DNA of 64,000 nt from Bacteroidota bacterium (GTDB lineage Bacteria > Bacteroidota > Bacteroidia > UKL13-3), in NCBI GenBank assembly GCA_027482225.1, contig JAIXWD010000014.1:74719-138718 (forward strand). Reading direction: 5' to 3'. Positions 1 through 10,007 of this stretch are shown in pieces (within the stretch, counting starts at the first letter, position 1; the number at the start of each line of letters is the position of its first letter). Both the position numbers and the translations under genes were made by a program. The notes below the pieces were generated by a model. It did no database searches. It saw nothing but the letters and a program-made list of their open reading frames with translations, and was not told where the DNA came from.

Positions 1-1173
1 TTGGTGGCAGGTATCATTCTTGGACCAAGCCTTCTCGGAAAGTTTTTACCTGAAGCCAACCAATTGGTTTTTACAACTAATGGCAACCTAGGCATGGTTA
101 TCAATGGAATAGGTTCTATTTCTGTAGTTATGCTCTTGTTTGTTGCTGGTATGGAAGTAGAGTTATCTGTGATTAGACAACAAGGTAAAACAGCTTTTAA
201 AACAAGTTTTGTTGGACTAATAATACCCTTAGTTTTAGGTTTTGGAACAGCATATTTTTATCACGACATGCTAGGAGGAACTGCTGGTAAGGATGTTGTA
301 GTATTTGCATTATTTATGGGAACAGCTATGGCTATTTCAGCATTACCAATTATTGCTCGTACACTAATGGATTTAAATTTATTTAAAACCAAAGTGGGTA
401 TGATTATTATAGCTGCAGCAATGTTTGATGATTTAATTGGATGGATTTTGTTTAGTGTTGTTCTTGGCATGATTAATACAGGTTCCGATCCTTTCCATTT
501 TTTATACACCCTAGGATATACTTTGCTATATGCAATATTGATGTTAACAGGTGGAAGAATTATTATTAACAAAACTTTACCTTGGGCTCAACGTAATTTA
601 AGTTGGCCAGGTGGTGTATTAGCTTTCTCTCTTGGTTTGGCATTTTTGGGAGCTGCATTTACCGAGAAAATAGGAATTCACGCTATTTTCGGAGCTTTTA
701 TTGCAGGCATAGCCGTAGGTGATTCTGTTCATTTTACAGAGAAAGCAAGAGATATTATACACCAATTTGTAACCAATATTTTTGCGCCATTATTTTTTGT
801 TGCTATTGGTTTTAAAATTGATTTTATTCAGAATTTCGATTTACAAATAGTAAGTATTGTATTGATTCTTGCCATTGTTTGCAAACTTTTGGGAGCCGGA
901 TTGGGTGCGTATTGGGGCGGTTTAACTGCAAAAGAAAGTATGGCAGTTGGCTTTGGTATGAATGCACGTGGAGCTATGGAAATTGTATTAGGTCTATTGG
1001 CCTTACAAGCAGGTGTAATAACTGCACCACTATTTGTAGCCTTAGTTATTATGGCTGTAGTAACTAGTATCATGGCTGGACCAATGTTGCAATATTTCTT
1101 AACAGGTGAAATGAAAGTAGCCACAGGTTTAAAGGAAATTATTCCGTTTATTGACGAAGAAAAAGCTTCCTAA
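1..1173 (+). CDS. Cation:proton antiporter (CPA2/Kef-type Na+/H+ exchanger), 5'-truncated by window edge
   Basis: Continuous multi-TM hydrophobic ORF runs from window start. Gly-rich TM segments typical of CPA2 exchangers. No start codon inside window. Confidence 0.8.
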   Translation: MVAGIILGPSLLGKFLPEANQLVFTTNGNLGMVINGIGSISVVMLLFVAGMEVELSVIRQQGKTAFKTSFVGLIIPLVLGFGTAYFYHDMLGGTAGKDVVVFALFMGTAMAISALPIIARTLMDLNLFKTKVGMIIIAAAMFDDLIGWILFSVVLGMINTGSDPFHFLYTLGYTLLYAILMLTGGRIIINKTLPWAQRNLSWPGGVLAFSLGLAFLGAAFTEKIGIHAIFGAFIAGIAVGDSVHFTEKARDIIHQFVTNIFAPLFFVAIGFKIDFIQNFDLQIVSIVLILAIVCKLLGAGLGAYWGGLTAKESMAVGFGMNARGAMEIVLGLLALQAGVITAPLFVALVIMAVVTSIMAGPMLQYFLTGEMKVATGLKEIIPFIDEEKAS

Positions 1174-1241
1174 TTATTTAGTCAACTATCTTGTTTCATC
1201 ATTATTATTATATTGCGCTAAAGCATTATTAATAAAACAGG

Positions 1242-3674
1242 ATGAAAAAATTACTTATTACCTTCATATCATTAAGTACAATAGTTTCGGCACAAAATAC
1301 TTACCGAAGCTACTTTAAAGACCAAACAACCTACCGCGAGCATGCCTTAGACATTACTCGCATGAAAGTGGAAGTAAGTTTTGATACCCAAAAAAGTTTA
1401 GTTAAAGGTAAAGTAACCCATAGTTTTATCGTGTTACAAAAACAGGTTGATTCAGTATTTTTTGATGCACCTGGAATCAATATCAAATCGGCTTTAATGG
1501 GAATACAAAACCTACCTTTTAATACAACCGATAAAGGTGTTTGGGTTAAACCAAACAAACCATTGCAATGGGATCAAACCAATACCATTACATTTGAATA
1601 CGAAGCCACACCACGTAAAGGTATTTATTTTATTGGCTGGAATGTTCCTGAAAATCCGATAAAAAATCCTTTTGCAATTCGTAAACAAATATGGACCCAA
1701 GGACAAGGTATTGATAACCGCTATTGGATACCCATGTATGATGATATGAATGATAAATTTATTACGGAAACGGTAGTAACATTTGAAAATGGTTATGAGG
1801 TATTATCAAACGGTACTCTACTTAAAAAAACTGCCAATAAAAACAATACAACTACTTGGCACTACAGCATGACTAAACCACACGCTGGTTATTTGTTAAT
1901 GCTTGGTATTGGTATATACAATATTAAAAAAACGAAGAGTGCACGAGGTGTTCCTATGAATTTATATTACTACCCTGAATATGTCGATAGAGCTGAACCT
2001 ACATACCGCTATAGCGAAATGATGGTTGACTTTTTAGAGCAAGAAACGGGTGTAAATTATCCATGGGAAAGTTACTCGCAAATTATGGTGCAAGACTTTT
2101 TATATGGTGCTATGGAAAACACCACAGCAACAATTTTTGGTGATTTTTTTAATGTGGATGAACGTGCTTACTTAGATAGAAATTATGTAGGCGTAAATTG
2201 TCATGAATTAACCCACCAGTGGTTTGGAGATTATATTACAGCGCGTGATGTTCGTGATACCTGGTTGCAAGAAAGCTGGGCTACCTATTATCCAAAAATG
2301 TTAACCAAAAAGTTATTTGGTGATGATGCATACAATTGGCAACGTAGAGGAGAGCAAAACTCCGCAATTGAAGCTACTAAAAAAGATAAATACCCCATTC
2401 GTTACACTGGTGCGGGCACCGCAAGGGTTTACCCTAAAGGGTCTAATGTTATTAGTATGTTAAGCTATGTTTTGGGTGATGAGCAGTGGAAACGTGCATT
2501 AAATCATTATTTAAAAACACATGCATACGGTAATGTAGAAACCAACGATTTACAGCAAGCTATTCAAGATAAATTGGGTATAGATATGAGTTGGTTTTTC
2601 GACCAATGGGTGTTGCGTGGTGGCGAGCCACAATACACCGTACATTACGAAGATTTAATGGACAAAGATGGCAGCCGCCATACAGAAATAGCAGTAGAGC
2701 AAACACACCAACGAGATGAAGTTGTTGGTTTATTTAAAATGCCGATTGCGTTTGAGGTACATTATGCTGACGGAAGTTTCGAACGTGTGTTAGAGATGAT
2801 TCAGGAACAATTTGAAGTAGTAAAAATTCCGAATCCTAACAAAAAAGAAATTGCGTTTGTATTGTTCGATCCAAATAGCATGGTGATGAAAACAACTCAC
2901 TTTAAAAAGACCTATAACGAGTTAAAAGCTCAAGTAACTAAAGCTCCAAACATGTTAGATAGATATGATGCATTAGTAGCTTTAAAGGACTATGATGTAG
3001 AGAAAAAACGTGAACTGTTAATGGAAGTTTTCAGAAACGAAAAATTCCATGCCATGAAAAGTGAAGTAATAACACAACTGATAAATGATGAAGTAACCAA
3101 CTACCAACTTTTAAGTGTATTTAACGATAAGGAGCCCCAAGCTAAATTAACTTTTATAAAAGCTTATACCGGTAACAATACTTTTTGTTTAAGCGCTATT
3201 TCCAAAGCCTTAACAGACAATAGCTACGATGTGGTGCAAGCTGCTATCGAAAAAATTTGTAAGCTAGATGCCGTAAATGTGAAAATATATTTACCCATAG
3301 TAAAAGATGTTTATGGCATGAACAACAGTGTAAATATTAAATACCATGAGCTGTGTGTAAGCAATAACATTGATGCTAATGAGAATATGAAAGCGTTAAT
3401 TAATTATGCAAGCAACCAATGGGAATTTAGAACACGTAACAATGCTTTTGCATCTATTAAAGCTAGCGGTGTGTATAGTGCATCCTTAATCCCACATTTG
3501 TTTGATGCCATGTTAAATACAAATAGTCGCCTTGCCGGACCAGCTGCTGAGTTAACTAATTTCTTGGCCACTAAAACTACAAACTTAAATGACATGCAAG
3601 CTTGTTTCACTGCTGCAAATTACACTAAAGCACAAAAAGATATTTTAATGAAATATGTAACGGGATTGAAATAG
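1242..3674 (+). CDS. M1-family zinc aminopeptidase (aminopeptidase N-like), secreted
   Basis: N-terminal signal peptide. GAMEN motif (GAMENTTA) and HEXXH (HELTHQWFG) with a downstream Glu. C-terminal HEAT-like region typical of M1 peptidases. Confidence 0.9.
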   Translation: MKKLLITFISLSTIVSAQNTYRSYFKDQTTYREHALDITRMKVEVSFDTQKSLVKGKVTHSFIVLQKQVDSVFFDAPGINIKSALMGIQNLPFNTTDKGVWVKPNKPLQWDQTNTITFEYEATPRKGIYFIGWNVPENPIKNPFAIRKQIWTQGQGIDNRYWIPMYDDMNDKFITETVVTFENGYEVLSNGTLLKKTANKNNTTTWHYSMTKPHAGYLLMLGIGIYNIKKTKSARGVPMNLYYYPEYVDRAEPTYRYSEMMVDFLEQETGVNYPWESYSQIMVQDFLYGAMENTTATIFGDFFNVDERAYLDRNYVGVNCHELTHQWFGDYITARDVRDTWLQESWATYYPKMLTKKLFGDDAYNWQRRGEQNSAIEATKKDKYPIRYTGAGTARVYPKGSNVISMLSYVLGDEQWKRALNHYLKTHAYGNVETNDLQQAIQDKLGIDMSWFFDQWVLRGGEPQYTVHYEDLMDKDGSRHTEIAVEQTHQRDEVVGLFKMPIAFEVHYADGSFERVLEMIQEQFEVVKIPNPNKKEIAFVLFDPNSMVMKTTHFKKTYNELKAQVTKAPNMLDRYDALVALKDYDVEKKRELLMEVFRNEKFHAMKSEVITQLINDEVTNYQLLSVFNDKEPQAKLTFIKAYTGNNTFCLSAISKALTDNSYDVVQAAIEKICKLDAVNVKIYLPIVKDVYGMNNSVNIKYHELCVSNNIDANENMKALINYASNQWEFRTRNNAFASIKASGVYSASLIPHLFDAMLNTNSRLAGPAAELTNFLATKTTNLNDMQACFTAANYTKAQKDILMKYVTGLK

Positions 3675-3710
3675 TTAACGTATTGTATTAACAGAATATT
3701 TAGAGCAAAT

Positions 3711-3740
3711 AAGCCTCACATGATTGTGGGGCTTTTTTGT
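3711..3740 (+). terminator. Rho-independent terminator after M1 aminopeptidase
   Basis: Stem agcctcaca/tgtggggct with loop tgat, followed by a T6 run. Confidence 0.7.
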
Positions 3741-3934
3741 TGGTTAAGAAAAGTCTAAAATAACTAGTTTATGGACGAAGTTTTTCTTCGCTTATCACCC
3801 CAAATTTGGGTGTATAGAGAAAGTTTGCAGCCTAAGGTGATGTTATTTTTATATGGCTAATGATAAAAATTTAGATCGATTAATTTAATTAAACACTTTT
3901 TACCAAGTTGGTGTTAATGTGTTTGAATTTAAAA

Positions 3935-4018
3935 CCGTCAGACGCATTTCGCATCAGTACTGTTGAATATAATTTTACTATAACACTCAGAGGTCTGACG
4001 CTTTTAAGCGTTCTGACC
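3935..4018 (+). repeat. Structured intergenic repeat, element A copy 1 (about 84 bp, two internal hairpins)
   Basis: ccgtcagacgcatttcgcatcag...gaggtctgacgcttttaagcgttctgacc. Near-identical to the reverse complement of 27841-27924. Confidence 0.7.
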
Positions 4019-4222
4019 TCTGACCTCCCCAAATCCGAAAGCGTTGCTATGTTACCTCAAAAAATGAAATTGGCTATGCGCTATTCTTCGAAAGTAAATT
4101 AACAAAACCTTCTGTTAAAAAACCTCAGGAGAAGCATAGCGCAATCCCGAGTGAAATGAAGCATAACCTCGGAAGAACGCCCAAAAAAGTTTGTCAAAAA
4201 CGCCTTCGCAAAATTTATTCCA

Positions 4223-4250
4223 TAAAAAAGCCCCGCATTGCTGCGAGGCT
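4223..4250 (-). terminator. Rho-independent terminator after giant adhesin gene
   Basis: On the minus strand: agcctcgca GCAA tgcggggct followed by a U6 run (plus-strand A run 4224-4229). Confidence 0.7.
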
Positions 4251-4274
4251 TATTTATGTATTACCTAAACCTTA

Positions 4275-7200
4275 TTATTTAATGATCACTAAACGATAAG
4301 TCTTGCTAAATTTATCGGTAGTAATATTTGCAAAGTATATACCTGCATTTACTTCCGATGTTTCAATAGTTATACTATTGTTACCACTGGTTAAGTATTG
4401 AGTTGGAATTGCTTTTACAAGTCTTCCGCTCATATCATATAAATCAATAGCAACATTTGTATTTTCAGTTAAATCAAACGATACGTTGGTGATGTTTGAT
4501 GTTGGATTTGGATACAAGGTTACGTTACGAATTGCTGAGACATTTTCTTCAATACCTACTGGAATTACATTTAGTACTTTACTAATGGTATCGACACCTG
4601 CAGTACCCGTAGCAATTAAAGTAACCGTGTAAGTTCCACTAGCAGGGAAATTGAACACCGGATTTTTAACTGTTGAAGTGTCTGATGATGAAGATGTAAC
4701 CCCAAAATCCCAACTGTAATTAGTTACAAATCCTTTTTCGTCAGTAGTATTATTGAAAGTAAACTCACGTGATCCAATTGTTGCGCTTTGCACATAAGTA
4801 AAATCAGCAACAGGATTAGATGAAACATCGTTTACAACCACATTTACACTAAAGGTAGCTTTACCACATGGACTAAATGCTGTTAGTATGGCATTATAAG
4901 TTCCGTTTGATGGATAAACAAATGAAGGGTTAGCTGCAACGCTAGTATCAGTTGTTGAGTTGGTAACACCAAAGTTCCAAAGATAAGCTACTGCATTTGA
5001 AGAAGTGTTTGTAAAGTTAACTGTTCTACCAGTTCCATTTGTTGCTGTAAATCCAGCTAAAGCACCTGGTTTATTGTAAGGAGCAGATGTATATCCTTCT
5101 GATTGTGGGTCGTAATTTGACCAGCAATCTGTCCAGTTGCTATCAGGATTAGAACCTAAAGCACCTCTATATGAGGTTTGTTTGAAGAAAGGATCATTTA
5201 AACGATTTGCTGTAAAACTAGCTCCCGATAATGCAATTGAACTTGGAGCTGGAACAAAGTTAGGATTAGTATAGTTAAAAGGATTTCCCAATACACCATT
5301 TGCTGATGTTAATGTATCACAACCATTAGCAACAATGCTAGCCCTAACAGATGAAGCATTAGCAGAACTATTGTTAATAGCTCTTAAGTTACCGGCTAAA
5401 ACATTGTTACGGAACATCATAGAGTCATTGGCAAATTTTTGTCCTGTACGGGTACCATCTACAAACAATCCATCAGGGAAGCCCATAATAACAGAGTTAA
5501 ATATAGAGGTTGATGAGTTTCTGCGAATACGAGCACCATTTTGGAATGAGTTTGAAGTACTTAATGCTGTTCCTTTAGCTAATGGACCAACTATGGTAAC
5601 ATTAGAGAAAGTTGGATCGGTATATGGTTTTGCTTCTGTTCCCGTTCCATCATTGTCTGATTCAAAACCATTTGTAGTTGGACCACTTCCAATATCATAT
5701 AAGTTAGAATCACGTAAAACAATGGCATTTTGTACTTTACCAGAGAATCCAAAATCAACATCTAAATCATCATCTACGTTACGGAAAGAAATTAAGTTTC
5801 TACCATTTACAGTACCGCCAAACCACTCAAATCCATCATCATCAGCAAAAGACACTTGAATATTTTCTAGTACAGTTGCTGAACCTAATCCACCCATAGT
5901 TAAACCATTTATTTCGTTACCTGGGGTAATTACTGTTCCTCCATATTCTAAACGAACATATCTTAAGGTACCAGCGTTATGAGTATCATCATTACCACCA
6001 TATAAACCATCGCCATTTGCATTATCAATATCACCTTCAATTGCATTTTGAATACCTGGTTCATTAGCAGCAACTGCACTACCAGGACAAGCTGAACAAT
6101 CTGTAGGACGATTAACTTTAGCTTTACCTAAAATGATTAAACCACCCCAATCGCCTTTAGCACGTTGGCCAGCAGCTTTTGCCGAAGTGAAAATAATAGG
6201 TTGGTTTTTAGTTCCATTTGCCTCGATTTTACCATTACGGGTAATGATTAGAGATGCTTTATCAGCACCACCTTTAATAATGGTACCTGATTGAATGTTT
6301 AATGTTGCATTGTTTTTAACAAAAACATAACCGTTTAAGGTATATATCGTGTCACGGAACAAAGTAGTGTTTGTTGTAATTTCACCTGACAACGCTTTTA
6401 CTGGAGAATTAATACCAGTTACTACAATTTGTTTGATTGCTTGAGCTACACAACCATTAGCACTTGTTACAACTAGTTTTACCTGAAAAGTTCCGTTTGT
6501 AGTATATTGTCTAGTTGGGTTAGCAACGGTTGAAGTTCCTCCATCGCCAAAAGACCAGCTATAAGTTGAAGCATTAGTAGTAGAGTTTAAGAAAGATACT
6601 GAACCATTTGAACCCAATGATGAACTGAAGTCAACAGTTGGTAATACGTTTACTGTTGCTGCTACTGATGTTCTTGTTGCTGTTGTACAACCGTTTGCTG
6701 TTGCATCTATGAAGTAAGTTGTAGTTGCAGTAATACTTGGTGTAGTATAAGATACGCCTGTTGCTATTGATGTTCCCCCTGTTAAGGTTGGATACCAGTT
6801 AATCGTACCTGCACTCGCTGTTGCACCTAATACTACTGTTCCTGAACCACAACGGCTCGCTGGTGTACTTGCTGTAATGGTTGGAACTGCATTTACCGTC
6901 ATTACCGATGCTGCACTTGTTGCAGTTGGTGTAGAGATACATGCTGCATTTGATGTTAACACCACCGAGATGCTATCATTGGTTACCAAAGTGGCAGATG
7001 TAAATGTAGGTAAGTTTGTGCCCACGTTAACACCGTTTCTTATCCATTGGTAACTTGGTGATGATCCTCCGTTGGTTGCATTTGCTGTAAAGGTTACACT
7101 TGTTCCGTTACAAATAGTTGTTCCAGGGTTAGCAGATATTACTACTGTTGGCGTTACTGTTGAACTGGTTAATGTTATGCTGTTACTGTTTGAGGTAACA

Positions 7201-9794
7201 TTTACTAAACATGGGGTTGCGTTTGATGTCATCACTACTGAAACTGAGTCTCCGTTTAATGCGCCACTTAATACATAGGTGTTTGTTCCCGTTCCAACAT
7301 TTGCACCATTTCTTATCCATTGGTAAGTTGGCAATGAGCCACCATTGGTTGGAGTAGCAGTAAATGTTATTGGAGCTGAACCGCATATTGCAGTGGTATT
7401 TGATGAAATACTTACAGATGATGTTAAGTTCGAATTAACTGTTGCTGCTACTGATGTTCTTGTTGCTGTGGTACAACCATTCGCAGTTGCATCTACAAAG
7501 TAATTAGTATTTGCTGCTATACTTGGTGTGGTAAACGATGTACCTGTTGCTATTGATGTTCCGCCTGTTGCACCTGCATACCAGTTGATAGTACCTGCAC
7601 TTGCTGTTGCGCCTAATACCACTGTTCCTGTTCCACAACGACTTGCTGGTGTGCTTGCTGTAATGGTTGGAATTGCATTTACTGTTGCTGTTACTGATGT
7701 TCTTGTTGCTGTTGTGCAACCATTAGCTGTTGCATCAACATAATAAGTAGTTGTTGCTGTTATACTTGGTGTAGTAAAAAATGCTCCTGTTGAAACACTT
7801 GTTCCGCCTGTTAATGCAGTGTACCAGTTAATTGTACCTGCACTCGCTGTTGCGCCTAATACTGCTGTTCCTGTTCCGCAAATAGCAGCAGGTGTGTTTG
7901 CTGTAATAGTTGGGATTGCGTTTACAATAACAGCTACTGCTGTTGAAGTATCGCTACATCCACTTGCGTTTCTTACTAATACACGGTAACTACCTGAGGC
8001 TGTTGCGGTGTATGAAGCGTTGGTTGCTGTTGCAATTGGTGCATTGTTGTTTAACCATTGATAAGTTAATCCTGTTCCTGTATTTGCATTAATTATTACG
8101 CTTCCTCCTGAACAAAATGTAGTAGTAGTTGCTGCAGTAGCAGTTGCTGTTGGTAATGGAGCAATTGTAACTGTGATACTATCTGTTTTTTTACAACCTG
8201 TTGCATTGTCTGTTATTGTTACAATATATGTTCTAGTTGTATTAGTATTTACAATAGGACGAGCAATTGTTGTGCTACTTAAACCCACAGTTGGTAACCA
8301 TGAATAGCTGTAGCCAACTCCTAAATCTGTGCCAATTGTTACTGTTCTACCAATACAAATGGTTGTATCGTTACCTGCATTAACAACAGGAACGAAATTG
8401 TTTAGTGGAGCTACATCGTAATTGGCTGCATTTGGGTTAAAGTTACACCAGCATTTTGTCCAATCATCGGTACCCATAGCACCACGGAATGTAGTTGGTG
8501 TAAAGTAAGAATCAGCAATACGAGGAGCAGTAAATGAAGCACCAGATAAAGCAATTGAACCAGTAGCTGGTAAGAAATTTGGATTGGTGTAATTAAAAGC
8601 ATTGGTTAACACGCCATTGGCAGAAAATACAGAATCAGTACCTTGACTAAAAATGCTAGATCTAACAGTAGCAGCGTTAGCTGAAGAGTTGTTTATAGCT
8701 CTTAAGTTACCCGCTAAGATATTGTTGCGGAACATCATTGAGTCAGTGGCAAATTTTTGTCCAGTACGGGTACCATCTATAAATAATCCATCAGGGAAGC
8801 CCATAATAATGGAGTTAAATATAGAGGTTGATGAGTTCCTGCGGATACGTGCACCATTTTGGAATGAATTTGATGTACTTAGTGCAGTTCCATTAGCTAA
8901 TGGGCCAACTACAGTAACATTAGAAAATGTTGGGTCGGTAAATGGTTTTGCTTCTGTTCCTGATCCATCATTGTCTGATTCAAAACCATTTGTAGTTGGA
9001 CCAGTTCCAATATCATATAAGTTAGAATCGCGCAATACAATGGCATATTGTACTTTACCTTTGTAACCAAAATCTACGTCTAGGTCATCATCTACATTGC
9101 GGTTAGAAACTAACCATTTTGCATTTACACTACCACCAAACCACTCAAAACCATCATCATCTGCAAATGAAACCTGAACATTTTCAATGGTAGTAGATGA
9201 ACCTAAACCACCCATGGTTAATCCATTGATTTCGTTACCTGGTGTAATTACAGTTCCAGCAAATTCAATACGCACAAATTTTAAAATACCTGCATCGTGA
9301 GTACTATCAGTACCTCCGTATAAGCCATCACCAATTGCATTATCAATATCACCTTCAATTGCATTTTGAATACCTGCCTCATTAGCAGCAATTGCAGAAC
9401 CTGGACAAGTTGAGCAATCAGTAGGACGATTAAGTATAGCTTTACCTAAAATTACCACACCACCCCAATCACCTTTGGCACGTTGGCCGGCAAGTTTTTC
9501 TGAAGTAAATACTATTGGTTGGTTAGCTGTACCGTTGGCGTTAATTTTTCCATTTCGGGTAATTATCAATGTAGATTTGTTTCCGAATTTTCCTTTAACA
9601 ATGGTACCAGGTTGAATGGTAAGAGTTGCATTGTTTTTAACAAAAACATAACCATCTAATGTATAAATGGTATCGTTGAAGAATGTAACATTACTAGTAA
9701 TACTACCAGAAATGGTCCTTACCTTTTGCGCAAATGCTGCACTTAAAGTAAAAACCAACGTAATCAATAATAAGTTGAGTTTTTTCATATACAT
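4275..9794 (-). CDS. Giant T9SS-secreted adhesin-like protein (1839 aa). Two copies of a roughly 450-aa beta-helix-like domain, multiple Ig-like/PKD-like modules, C-terminal Por-secretion sorting domain
   Basis: Signal peptide MKKLNLLLITLVFTLSAAFAQ. C-terminal about 80 aa (LYPNPTSNITNVSF...GIYFANITTDKFSKTYRLVIIK) matches the T9SS CTD pattern. Internal near-identical repeats contain the ...CGTGTVVLGATASAGTINWY... motif. Confidence 0.85.
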   Translation of the reverse strand: MYMKKLNLLLITLVFTLSAAFAQKVRTISGSITSNVTFFNDTIYTLDGYVFVKNNATLTIQPGTIVKGKFGNKSTLIITRNGKINANGTANQPIVFTSEKLAGQRAKGDWGGVVILGKAILNRPTDCSTCPGSAIAANEAGIQNAIEGDIDNAIGDGLYGGTDSTHDAGILKFVRIEFAGTVITPGNEINGLTMGGLGSSTTIENVQVSFADDDGFEWFGGSVNAKWLVSNRNVDDDLDVDFGYKGKVQYAIVLRDSNLYDIGTGPTTNGFESDNDGSGTEAKPFTDPTFSNVTVVGPLANGTALSTSNSFQNGARIRRNSSTSIFNSIIMGFPDGLFIDGTRTGQKFATDSMMFRNNILAGNLRAINNSSANAATVRSSIFSQGTDSVFSANGVLTNAFNYTNPNFLPATGSIALSGASFTAPRIADSYFTPTTFRGAMGTDDWTKCWCNFNPNAANYDVAPLNNFVPVVNAGNDTTICIGRTVTIGTDLGVGYSYSWLPTVGLSSTTIARPIVNTNTTRTYIVTITDNATGCKKTDSITVTIAPLPTATATAATTTTFCSGGSVIINANTGTGLTYQWLNNNAPIATATNASYTATASGSYRVLVRNASGCSDTSTAVAVIVNAIPTITANTPAAICGTGTAVLGATASAGTINWYTALTGGTSVSTGAFFTTPSITATTTYYVDATANGCTTATRTSVTATVNAIPTITASTPASRCGTGTVVLGATASAGTINWYAGATGGTSIATGTSFTTPSIAANTNYFVDATANGCTTATRTSVAATVNSNLTSSVSISSNTTAICGSAPITFTATPTNGGSLPTYQWIRNGANVGTGTNTYVLSGALNGDSVSVVMTSNATPCLVNVTSNSNSITLTSSTVTPTVVISANPGTTICNGTSVTFTANATNGGSSPSYQWIRNGVNVGTNLPTFTSATLVTNDSISVVLTSNAACISTPTATSAASVMTVNAVPTITASTPASRCGSGTVVLGATASAGTINWYPTLTGGTSIATGVSYTTPSITATTTYFIDATANGCTTATRTSVAATVNVLPTVDFSSSLGSNGSVSFLNSTTNASTYSWSFGDGGTSTVANPTRQYTTNGTFQVKLVVTSANGCVAQAIKQIVVTGINSPVKALSGEITTNTTLFRDTIYTLNGYVFVKNNATLNIQSGTIIKGGADKASLIITRNGKIEANGTKNQPIIFTSAKAAGQRAKGDWGGLIILGKAKVNRPTDCSACPGSAVAANEPGIQNAIEGDIDNANGDGLYGGNDDTHNAGTLRYVRLEYGGTVITPGNEINGLTMGGLGSATVLENIQVSFADDDGFEWFGGTVNGRNLISFRNVDDDLDVDFGFSGKVQNAIVLRDSNLYDIGSGPTTNGFESDNDGTGTEAKPYTDPTFSNVTIVGPLAKGTALSTSNSFQNGARIRRNSSTSIFNSVIMGFPDGLFVDGTRTGQKFANDSMMFRNNVLAGNLRAINNSSANASSVRASIVANGCDTLTSANGVLGNPFNYTNPNFVPAPSSIALSGASFTANRLNDPFFKQTSYRGALGSNPDSNWTDCWSNYDPQSEGYTSAPYNKPGALAGFTATNGTGRTVNFTNTSSNAVAYLWNFGVTNSTTDTSVAANPSFVYPSNGTYNAILTAFSPCGKATFSVNVVVNDVSSNPVADFTYVQSATIGSREFTFNNTTDEKGFVTNYSWDFGVTSSSSDTSTVKNPVFNFPASGTYTVTLIATGTAGVDTISKVLNVIPVGIEENVSAIRNVTLYPNPTSNITNVSFDLTENTNVAIDLYDMSGRLVKAIPTQYLTSGNNSITIETSEVNAGIYFANITTDKFSKTYRLVIIK
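5067..6407 (-). repeat. Intragenic duplicated block, copy 2 of the beta-helix-like domain of the adhesin. Paralogous to 8385-9725 at a 3318-bp offset
   Basis: Antisense ORFs 5335-5859 and 8653-9066 translate to near-identical peptides. This shows about 85-90 percent nucleotide identity between the two blocks. Confidence 0.8.
7441..7926 (-). repeat. Two tandem near-identical 243-bp coding repeats (Ig-like modules). A third copy lies at about 6655-6897
   Basis: gttgctgctactgatgttcttgttgctgt... recurs at 6655, 7441 and 7684. Encoded peptide is AIPTITA.TPA..CGTGT.VLGATASAGTINWY. Confidence 0.8.
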
Positions 9795-9957
9795 AAATTT
9801 TCTTCAAATTTAAATGAAGTGTATTTAGTAATACTTACTTTAATATTAATTAAAGGTTAAGATTCAGCGTGCATGATTTTCAATTAGTGGTGAAATGAAA
9901 ATAAAATAACTAACGAAAATGAAATATGATCAATAAATAACAACGACCAATATAAAC

Positions 9958-9990
9958 AAATAAAGCCCTTTAAAGGGCTTTATTTGTTTA
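9958..9990 (-). terminator. Palindromic hairpin terminator between TonB receptor and adhesin genes
   Basis: aaagccctt TA aagggcttt is a perfect palindrome, followed by atttgttt. It lies just downstream of the receptor stop at 10008 on the minus strand. Confidence 0.6.
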
Positions 9991-10007
9991 AAAAAATCAG
10001 GTGTCAT

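Noticed and set aside
3908-4102. Small ORFs in the track (3908-4102 and 28099-28296) inside non-coding islands
   Set aside because: They coincide exactly with palindromic repeat elements. Their composition is that of structured DNA or RNA rather than coding sequence.
5335-5859. 174-aa and 137-aa plus-strand ORFs (5335-5859 and 8653-9066) within the giant adhesin gene
   Set aside because: They are antisense to a continuous 1839-aa ORF with signal peptide and T9SS C-terminal domain. Their only value is in revealing the internal duplication.
6655-7926. Regularly spaced near-identical repeats that could be mistaken for a CRISPR array
   Set aside because: Units are 243 bp, contiguous, in-frame and encode Ig-like modules of a surface protein. 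There are no short spacers and no cas genes.
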